Part shown: positions 9,271 through 16,306 of the stretch, in pieces
Layout: each line of letters begins with the position of its first letter
Numbering within the stretch: position 1 is the stretch's first letter
Virus record (IMG/VR): IMGVR_UViG_3300021560_000026
Span: 1 to 42,539 of that record
Length of the DNA: 42,539 nt
Direction: 5' to 3' (one strand)
From: a virus
Lineage: Duplodnaviria > Caudoviricetes
Made by a program: the position numbers and the translations under genes
The notes under the pieces: model-generated
What the model was told of the DNA's origin: nothing
What the model saw: the letters and a program-made list of their open reading frames with translations, nothing else
The model's database searches: none

Positions 9271-11752
9271 TCCAAGCTTCTAACTCACGACGAGTAAACT
9301 CTGCTTGAAGTATGCCACTAATGATAATGCTTTTAGACTCCTTCCGCAAATGGCCCACATCTAATCTAGAAGGATAATTACGAATTAATGCATCCTTATC
9401 CATTTTACGCAATTGATCATATCTACCCTTAATCTTTGGGTTAGGTCCTTCTTTAATGCTAGGTTTTACTCGGCTTTCGCCTCCGCCTTTTGAAGTAAAT
9501 TGTCCGCTTTTATCACGTGGATGCTCTCCTTCCTCAAATTCTGAATCAGCATCCAACGCCATTAAAGCACTTGCAATGATCTCCCAAGCATCAGGCATCG
9601 AATCCCCTACCATTGCCCCGGGGACCCGCGGTTCGTGAACTAAAGCAACGTGATTACCTTTAATATCAACCATCCGCCCATCATAACGTTGACCATTATA
9701 TTCGCCAGGCTCCATTACTGCTCTATAGCCATAGCCACAAGATAATGATTTCTTCTCGCCATCTTCAACGGCTTGCGTTGCAAACTTAGGCCAGATGACA
9801 AGATCATTAATTAGGTTTGGATTCTCAAACCTCGCATTAGTCCCAGTTGCACCAATCGTTAGTTCGGCAGGATGATCTTCCGCGGTTGCTGGTTTGTGTT
9901 GCCACAGTAAAGGCAGGCCGTTAAAAGTATCAACTGCTTTCTCTAACTCTTTTGGATCGCGTAACAGATGATACTTTTTATCGGGGTCAAGCATCACCCA
10001 TCCGGGCTCATCTTTCATGACCCCGTTTATTTCTTTACCAAAATAAGGACTTACGACTGCCTTAGATAATACCGAATTATCAACGTGCATTCGACCGACA
10101 TCATCAATCCTGCGGTTGGGATCGCGATCGAGGGCAATAGAATAAGACCAAGGACCAATATAATCATGCGCCATAGAGGAGTCTTGCGCGCCCTTATGTA
10201 CTCTATGTGATCTAACTAAATCCTCTATCGCATCATTACGAGACCGAAGCCCGTGCTGGCCGCGTGGAGGAAAAGATTGCCCCTCTTGCTTAGTTGGACT
10301 AGTCGACCAACGTAGTAAAGTGCGTCCGGTAGAATAACCTCGAGGACCTCCTCCTCCGTGCCTACCACCTTTTTGTTCCGCATGTGTATGAGTTGCAACT
10401 GTTCCTAAATGTTGACCATGTTGATAAACATTATAACGCTGCGATGGTACAACTTTAGAACCCTGCGAACTACTAATACTATGCGACTCTGTGTAATGCT
10501 TAGTTGGCTCTATCTCTACGCCTTGATGTCCTCCACCTTCCCATCTCTTTCGCGCTCCTTCGCTAGTGCCATAATCTTCGCCCTCTTCGTCCTCTCTTGG
10601 TCTATCTTTTATATAATCAAGTATTTCCTCTAACACATTCGCTGTTTCGTCATCACTTGCTTGTTCAGGCTTAAGTAAAGGATGCTCTACGTGAACTCTA
10701 TGCCGACCAAAAGGATCTTCCTGACTTATCGCTTTACTACCGGAAGGATGCTCGTGCTCCCAAGTTGTTGGATTTCGCTTAAATCCATGCGCAGTCAATT
10801 CTTTTTCTGCTTGCGCTTCTCCGCCGCGACCATAACCCTTTTCTTGCCGATGCGGATTCTGCGCAATACTTCCTCTTATTCGACTTGGTGGTAGAGGATT
10901 AAAGCCTGCCTTAGCAAGACTTCCGTGAAGTGTTTTTTGATGCGCCCGCCTAGCCTCTAAGGCCGCTTTCCGCGCTTCATCTGTCCATGCATCCTCTCCG
11001 TCCCGAATATGTCGCAAAGACCTTTCCGCTCGGAAGTGGGGCGCATTGCGTCTTGTTTCACTTATTTCTTTATACCGACGAGATTCCTCTGATTCGTCGC
11101 TTAAAAACTTATCCAAAGTAGATGCAACACCTGGATGTAAAGGATTAGGCGGGTTATCTAATGGAGCCCACTTAAAACCAGTATGCTCATTATTTATGTC
11201 AACATCAAATGCATCTGGGACTAAATGCGCAAAAGTAATATATTGACTGCCTTCGTCTTGACTATGATCTAATACTCGCATTGGACCACAGTCCATGCCT
11301 TCGCAATCGTGTCCTGTTTCCTCTAATGCTTCTCTTATCGCGACTTGTTCAGGTGATTCATCATACTCAGCTGCGCCGCCGGGGAAAGCCCATTCGCCTG
11401 CATGATCTCCAGTTGAGGCACGACGTAAGAATAAAGCCTTTCCATCTTTAGTAATAAAAGCAACGCCAGCACCTCGCTTATCTTGTGCTTCTTGTTCATT
11501 TTCCTCCCCTTCTTGATGTTCTGGCTCCGCCATCTCCTCTGCAAAGAACTTAAGCAACCATCTTAAACCAGCACGCCAATCATTACGATTCATATCACGC
11601 GCGCGGGATGGTAACTTACCACCAGGATCAGCTTCAGCAAACTCCTTTCCTACACTTTGCGGTATTCCAAGTGTTGAATGCCCACTCTTTGCTGCCCACA
11701 TTGCCCTGCGCTGGGCTTCTGATACTGGCGGATCTGTCGCTAATTTTGGCAT
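9260..11752 (-). CDS. Prohead protease (DUF2213) polyprotein with NUDIX hydrolase and tagged inserts
   Basis: NUDIX box GGAAEYDESPEQVAIREALEETG. DUF2213 motifs D..GRMHV, SKA.V.PY.G.EI, LSCGY and I.GNHVALV..PR. Start taken at MPKLATD (11752). Confidence 0.85.
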   Translation of the reverse strand: MPKLATDPPVSEAQRRAMWAAKSGHSTLGIPQSVGKEFAEADPGGKLPSRARDMNRNDWRAGLRWLLKFFAEEMAEPEHQEGEENEQEAQDKRGAGVAFITKDGKALFLRRASTGDHAGEWAFPGGAAEYDESPEQVAIREALEETGHDCEGMDCGPMRVLDHSQDEGSQYITFAHLVPDAFDVDINNEHTGFKWAPLDNPPNPLHPGVASTLDKFLSDESEESRRYKEISETRRNAPHFRAERSLRHIRDGEDAWTDEARKAALEARRAHQKTLHGSLAKAGFNPLPPSRIRGSIAQNPHRQEKGYGRGGEAQAEKELTAHGFKRNPTTWEHEHPSGSKAISQEDPFGRHRVHVEHPLLKPEQASDDETANVLEEILDYIKDRPREDEEGEDYGTSEGARKRWEGGGHQGVEIEPTKHYTESHSISSSQGSKVVPSQRYNVYQHGQHLGTVATHTHAEQKGGRHGGGGPRGYSTGRTLLRWSTSPTKQEGQSFPPRGQHGLRSRNDAIEDLVRSHRVHKGAQDSSMAHDYIGPWSYSIALDRDPNRRIDDVGRMHVDNSVLSKAVVSPYFGKEINGVMKDEPGWVMLDPDKKYHLLRDPKELEKAVDTFNGLPLLWQHKPATAEDHPAELTIGATGTNARFENPNLINDLVIWPKFATQAVEDGEKKSLSCGYGYRAVMEPGEYNGQRYDGRMVDIKGNHVALVHEPRVPGAMVGDSMPDAWEIIASALMALDADSEFEEGEHPRDKSGQFTSKGGGESRVKPSIKEGPNPKIKGRYDQLRKMDKDALIRNYPSRLDVGHLRKESKSIIISGILQAEFTRRELEAWNGK

Positions 11753-11823
11753 CTTATTGAAAAATAAAGATAAAATTTTAAATATTAACGTATTTTTCAC
11801 AAATTTTTCACGTTTTTTTAGCC

Positions 11824-11852
11824 TTGCACTCTATTATATTTATTTGTAGCGT
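11824..11852 (+). promoter_or_regulatory. Candidate promoter of the plus-strand island
   Basis: TTGCAC-N17-TAGCGT in an AT-rich gap; GCCTTGCACT and CTATTATATT are shared with the promoter at 5186. Confidence 0.4.
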
Positions 11853-11892
11853 GGGAGTTGGTCCTGCGTTGCTTTTAAATGGAGAACGTTTA

Positions 11893-12048
11893 ATGCGTAA
11901 ACTACTTGTTGCCATTCCGGCTTTCGTAGCTGCTGGACCTGCTTTTGCCGGAGACGGCGGTTCCGATATCGATGGCCTAATTACTGCCATCCAAGCAGTC
12001 GGACGACTGGCAGGCAAGCTATTAGCCCTCGGTAGCATCGGATTCTAA
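11893..12048 (+). CDS. Small secreted/membrane peptide
   Basis: SD GGAGA at 11881; signal peptide MRKLLVAIPAFVAAGPAFA. Confidence 0.55.
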   Translation: MRKLLVAIPAFVAAGPAFAGDGGSDIDGLITAIQAVGRLAGKLLALGSIGF

Positions 12049-12065
12049 CAACTAAGGGGAAGGGA

Positions 12066-12911
12066 TTGGGGCTGCAAAGCCCCTTTCTCTTAGAAAAAAT
12101 GCTGACTAGCCGAGTTGCGCTAAACATAGCACTTGGGGGCACCAACATTAGTACTGCATTGTTGATCATGCCCCGCCACCGCGAACTATTTGGGCCATTA
12201 CTTGATACCACAGGAGGATTTCTGGCGCTTGATCTATTAAGTTATGGTATGCATCGTGCACAACATTCAATTCCTCTACTATGGCGCTTTCACCGAATTC
12301 ACCATAGCGATACTAACATAGGACTAAGCACTGCAGTACGACATCATCCAGCTGAATTTCTCAGTTCAGGCTTAGTATTCTGGATTGCCGTTGCCCTACT
12401 CGGAGTATCGCCGGAAGTTGCGGCAGTACACAGTCTTACTACCCTCATTCTAGCTAGTCTTACTCATATGCGTAGCAGATGGCCTAAGCCGCTAGAACAT
12501 TTACTACGCCCAATAGTTATCACACTTGATCTTCACTTGACCCACCATTCTGCTAATCAAAAAGAAGCAAACACCAACTTTGGAGGAGTACTTTCAGTGT
12601 GGGATCGCCTTTTTGGCACCTATCGAGAAAGTTTGCGTCCCTTAGTCTTTGGAGTACCACCAATGTTAATAGAGACTTCGCGCCAAGTATTCAATAAAGA
12701 AAAAATGCGGTTGCGCGGCAGTATCGTTGCCGACGACGGCACAGTCACTTGTTCAATTCGGGGCGACTATCACCCATGCGACGGGCGGGCGGTCCCGGAT
12801 TTCGTTCGAACCTTTGTCCGCGAGACCGGGCTACCGAAGGAGTTCGCCCGTGACAATCGCATCCACAACGCCTTCGACCATGAACGACTAACCTTTGACC
12901 CATTTCTATAG
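12066..12911 (+). CDS. Sterol desaturase / fatty acid hydroxylase family membrane protein
   Basis: His boxes HRAQH, HRIHHSD, HLTHH; NTNFG..LS.WDRLFGTY. Confidence 0.9.
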   Translation: MGLQSPFLLEKMLTSRVALNIALGGTNISTALLIMPRHRELFGPLLDTTGGFLALDLLSYGMHRAQHSIPLLWRFHRIHHSDTNIGLSTAVRHHPAEFLSSGLVFWIAVALLGVSPEVAAVHSLTTLILASLTHMRSRWPKPLEHLLRPIVITLDLHLTHHSANQKEANTNFGGVLSVWDRLFGTYRESLRPLVFGVPPMLIETSRQVFNKEKMRLRGSIVADDGTVTCSIRGDYHPCDGRAVPDFVRTFVRETGLPKEFARDNRIHNAFDHERLTFDPFL

Positions 12912-12925
12912 AGGAGCACAAAACC

Positions 12926-13264
12926 ATGCACAAAATCATCTCAGGCATTATCTTAGCGGCTATTCTCTCAACTACTTCAGCCAGAGCCGACAGTGGATAC
13001 GTAGTTGATTACTACCAGTCTGACGGGATACAAGACGGACGTCCTTGCACGTTTTTTGTCATAGCCGATTGGTACGGCAACTGGGGGCCATGGTATGGAA
13101 TGCCTTTTAACAATTCCTACCCCAGCTACTTTGCTGACTTTCCGTCAATACAGTTTGCCTGGGAGTTTTCAAAAATGGGCGGACAAAAATGGATCAATTT
13201 TTACAATGAAGGCTGGGCCGGACCTTGTGGCACGCCTGGCGCGGCCGGCGTCACGCCTTACTGA
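12926..13264 (+). CDS. Secreted hypothetical protein
   Basis: SD GAGGAG; signal peptide ending ARA; aromatic-rich. Confidence 0.65.
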   Translation: MHKIISGIILAAILSTTSARADSGYVVDYYQSDGIQDGRPCTFFVIADWYGNWGPWYGMPFNNSYPSYFADFPSIQFAWEFSKMGGQKWINFYNEGWAGPCGTPGAAGVTPY

Positions 13265-13282
13265 GCAAAAGGAGAGCAATAA

Positions 13283-14353
13283 ATGAAGAAAAACCTTTTA
13301 TACTATTATGTTGTTATCGCGCTATTTGCATTTTCTTTAGTAAGGACTGCAAACGCGCACCCATTTGATATCCTAACATTATTTCACTTTCGACCTAACA
13401 TCAATGCTGTCTACTTCGATGGAAATACCTGCACAGAAACGCCCACGCTTTGGAATGTCCCACCGCAGGGAAACACTTTCTTTGTAGTCCTGCCCGTGAC
13501 GTTTCAACCCAACGCGAAAAGCGCGCATCATATCTTGATGTTCGCCACCGGGAAGCGGTGGGTGCCCTTCGTCGAACCGAACGGCGGGTACGTAGGGGAT
13601 TCTGATCCCAACTGGGACGCAGGGATGGTATTCGAAGTCGAGGAAAATCAGGGATACCTAAGCTTGTCGTTTTGGGGCTACAATGGTGCATATCACAGTT
13701 TAGTAAGCGCCGACAGCGTGACGAGGCCGATCACGTATCCGTATGATGGCAAATACCAAGTGCTGGCGATCTATATCGACACCTGGAACGTATATGGCAC
13801 CTGGACCGTAGTGGAGCAAGGGGGCGGACGATTTGAAGGCGGATTACTAACGGTTTGGGACAATTGGGAGCCCCACGACCGCGATAGCGGACCGCCTGGG
13901 GCAATCATGGATTGGGAATCCGTGCAGCACTGGTACTTTGGCTGTAACGGAAACCCAACAGGAACATGGGTCGATACGATCATAGGCAATCACGCCTATT
14001 GGCACCAAGGCAACATGGCTGAGGCCTATGTCGATCTTGAGCACGAATACATCTTACCAAATGCGCTCAGCCTATTCGCTAATAGCGATGGAACTTTACG
14101 CGGGCTGAATGATGCCAATCATCACGATTGTACTGAGCCTTGGGGAACAGGCGGCTTCTATATTCCAAACGATTGCCACACTGGCAACGCAAACTTCTTC
14201 CCTAATGGGCCGTTTATTGGCCCAGCACCAAGCCATGTACTAAACACCATTGCCGGCACGCTTCAAACCGCAACAGATGATAATTGTGAGTTTCGAGGTA
14301 TTGGTGATGGCTGCATTGTCACAGGCCCACCAACTATTTGGTCTGTTCCGTAA
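13283..14353 (+). CDS. Secreted protein, possibly LamG/concanavalin-like beta-sandwich
   Basis: SD AAGGAG; signal peptide ending ANA; YDGKYQVLAIYID and QGNMAEAYV patterns. Confidence 0.55.
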   Translation: MKKNLLYYYVVIALFAFSLVRTANAHPFDILTLFHFRPNINAVYFDGNTCTETPTLWNVPPQGNTFFVVLPVTFQPNAKSAHHILMFATGKRWVPFVEPNGGYVGDSDPNWDAGMVFEVEENQGYLSLSFWGYNGAYHSLVSADSVTRPITYPYDGKYQVLAIYIDTWNVYGTWTVVEQGGGRFEGGLLTVWDNWEPHDRDSGPPGAIMDWESVQHWYFGCNGNPTGTWVDTIIGNHAYWHQGNMAEAYVDLEHEYILPNALSLFANSDGTLRGLNDANHHDCTEPWGTGGFYIPNDCHTGNANFFPNGPFIGPAPSHVLNTIAGTLQTATDDNCEFRGIGDGCIVTGPPTIWSVP

Positions 14354-14354
14354 A

Positions 14355-14696
14355 CTAAGGCTTATTACTTGTCAAACATTCCGCAGGGAATGAGGCTACT
14401 ACGTTTCGTGCTCCGTCAAACCAAGCAACACTAACATAACTAGTTATGCGTTTGAAGAGCGGCATCATTGGAGCAGGAGGCCGAGGTATTGGCCCAAAGC
14501 CTGGACAAGCTAGATCGAGCTTCTCACGAAAAACTTCCCACTGCTGTTCGTACCGGCGCCATGCTCGTCCCCACTCATTAATCGTCGCCTCATTACGCGC
14601 ATGTTCTTGTTCGGGCTCAGGCAGCGACATAATTGTAAGGGAAGGTGAGCCACTCTTAAGATAAACTATTTCGCCGACTTGGAAATCGCAGGACAT
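14355..14696 (-). CDS. DUF2158 (YodC-like) protein with internal insertion
   Basis: FQVGEIVYLKSGSP.LTI ... V.WFDG......FP.ECL. Confidence 0.75.
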   Translation of the reverse strand: MSCDFQVGEIVYLKSGSPSLTIMSLPEPEQEHARNEATINEWGRAWRRYEQQWEVFREKLDLACPGFGPIPRPPAPMMPLFKRITSYVSVAWFDGARNVVASFPAECLTSNKP

Positions 14697-14712
14697 TAGG
14701 GAGACCCAACTA

Positions 14713-14907
14713 ATGGATATAGGAAGAGGCCAAATTGTTTACTTAAACAGCGGCTCGCCGCCTCTTACGGTAACAAAGGTGCCAACCTTACCTATATTTG
14801 ATGACGAAGAATATGAAATAACCGTCGCTTGGTTTGATGGTAGCATAAATCGCCGCACAACATATCCACTGGAATGCCTAACAAAGGAAAAACCGCAATT
14901 ACCATGA
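14713..14907 (+). CDS. DUF2158 (YodC-like) protein
   Basis: GQIVYLNSGSPPLTV ... VAWFDG......YP.ECL; SD GGGAG. Confidence 0.75.
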   Translation: MDIGRGQIVYLNSGSPPLTVTKVPTLPIFDDEEYEITVAWFDGSINRRTTYPLECLTKEKPQLP

Positions 14908-15129
14908 TTACTTACGTTTTGTACTTTCTTGGTCTTGGCCTAGGTCTGATTTACGTACATACTGTAAGCCATGGTCCCCTGGATATGATTTACGATGGTT
15001 TGCTCTTGAGGCTAGTATATCTACTGGTATACCGTCTGGAAACGCAACGCAAGCCCATCCAATCTCAGGGGTTAGACCAGCGAAACGAGCGCATGTAAAG
15101 CATATTGGAACTAGCCCAATTGCGCTCAC
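14908..15129 (-). CDS. Small Cys/His protein (CxAFPDGIP family), candidate immunity protein
   Basis: CxxC...CVAFPDGIP.DI....NH...YPGDHGLQY; coupled to the upstream effector genes. Confidence 0.7.
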   Translation of the reverse strand: MSAIGLVPICFTCARFAGLTPEIGWACVAFPDGIPVDILASRANHRKSYPGDHGLQYVRKSDLGQDQESTKRK

Positions 15130-15284
15130 TCTGTATGATCTTTAGGATCAAAACCAAGTATATCTATAACATCCTTTGGCGTATCTTCTAATTCCTCGTC
15201 GTCGGGATCCTCGTCCTCAAATTGACGCCAGTCTTTTAGTGGCTCTTTATCGCCGTACTTTACGTCTGGCAAATCATCAAACAT
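15126..15284 (-). CDS. Small acidic protein
   Basis: MFDDLPD...EDEDPDDEELEDTPKDVIDILGFDP; ATG at 15284 overlaps the end of the topoisomerase gene. Confidence 0.7.
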   Translation of the reverse strand: MFDDLPDVKYGDKEPLKDWRQFEDEDPDDEELEDTPKDVIDILGFDPKDHTE

Positions 15285-16299
15285 GTGCTGACATCCGCCA
15301 CCGCGCAAATACTTCTGGCGCAATATAACTCTGCAAGGCAATTGTTGGCGTATTGCCAAGAGCCTCTGAAACTTTCTTCGCAACGGCCATAACCATTTTC
15401 TTATAAATCTTAGCATCCTTTGGACGCTGATAACGCATTACTTCTTTTTGCGCAATACTAGTCCCAAGTAAAGTACGAAAATCCTTTGTCTTAAACGAAC
15501 CACCATCTAATCCGTGAACATAAGACAATAAACGACCCGCCGAAACTCCAGGAAACAATTGGCCTGAGGGACCTGCTCTCTTACTATATATACGCAACAT
15601 ACTTGACACTTGACTATTACTCACTGGTATATCAATATCAACACCTTTCTTTCCAACAAACTGAAGTCTTACTTCTCCGCTTGGAGATACAACAACGTGT
15701 CGTCCCTCTAGTGTTGTCGCACCATAGGCTTTCTTTGCTGCTAGCGTGTCGTCTTCGGACCCAGGCCTAATACCTGTAGCCATAATCAACGATAGTACGT
15801 TAGCTAAATCTCTTGTTTTTGGATTCTTTCTATTTTCGTCGTTCTCTGCTTGTATTTGTTTAAACTTATTGTTTAGTTCTTCAATCCGACGAAACTTTGC
15901 TTCGGCTTGTGTCTTAGAAAATCGTTCTGAGTAAATCGTCTGCTGGCGGCCTTTAGCATCGCGTCCAGTAACTAATAAATCACCGTCGGGATCTTCGTTA
16001 TAGCTTACGTCCGTCCAAGCAGGAGGAATACGAAGTTTAACAATATGCTGCGGTAATTCGCCACCTGCCTCTGGTGTTCGCTTACCTCCTGCTCCTGCAC
16101 CACCAGCTTTTGTAAACTGACCGCCTTTTGATCCGCCGGCTTGTATGCGGGGATGTTCAGATTCTTTCCACTCCGCGTCTTTGGCTTCGGGCAAGTTATC
16201 ATAAATTGATAGAAAGTCAAAACTATACTTGTTCGGCAAATTAAAATCAACCTGATCTAAATGCTCCAAATAAAAACGATTAGGAAACTCTTTTACCAT
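15277..16299 (-). CDS. DNA topoisomerase type IB (bacterial/poxvirus type) with N-terminal HPR tag
   Basis: IPPAW.DV and GRDAKGR.Q..Y motifs; catalytic pentad R (GIRPG), K (GKKG), R (KDFRT), N (LGNT), Y (SYI). Confidence 0.93.
   Translation of the reverse strand: MVKEFPNRFYLEHLDQVDFNLPNKYSFDFLSIYDNLPEAKDAEWKESEHPRIQAGGSKGGQFTKAGGAGAGGKRTPEAGGELPQHIVKLRIPPAWTDVSYNEDPDGDLLVTGRDAKGRQQTIYSERFSKTQAEAKFRRIEELNNKFKQIQAENDENRKNPKTRDLANVLSLIMATGIRPGSEDDTLAAKKAYGATTLEGRHVVVSPSGEVRLQFVGKKGVDIDIPVSNSQVSSMLRIYSKRAGPSGQLFPGVSAGRLLSYVHGLDGGSFKTKDFRTLLGTSIAQKEVMRYQRPKDAKIYKKMVMAVAKKVSEALGNTPTIALQSYIAPEVFARWRMSAHV
16151..16222 (-). repeat. 72-bp direct repeat, copy 1 (tag-coding cassette)
   Basis: Collinear with 17034-17105; 16157-16188 is identical to 17040-17071. 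Confidence 0.9.
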
Positions 16300-16306
16300 A
16301 GCCTAA

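Noticed and set aside
15285-15416. N-terminal 44 codons of ORF 15126-15416
   Set aside because: They overlap the Topo IB catalytic C-terminus in another frame; the plausible start is the coupled ATG at 15284.
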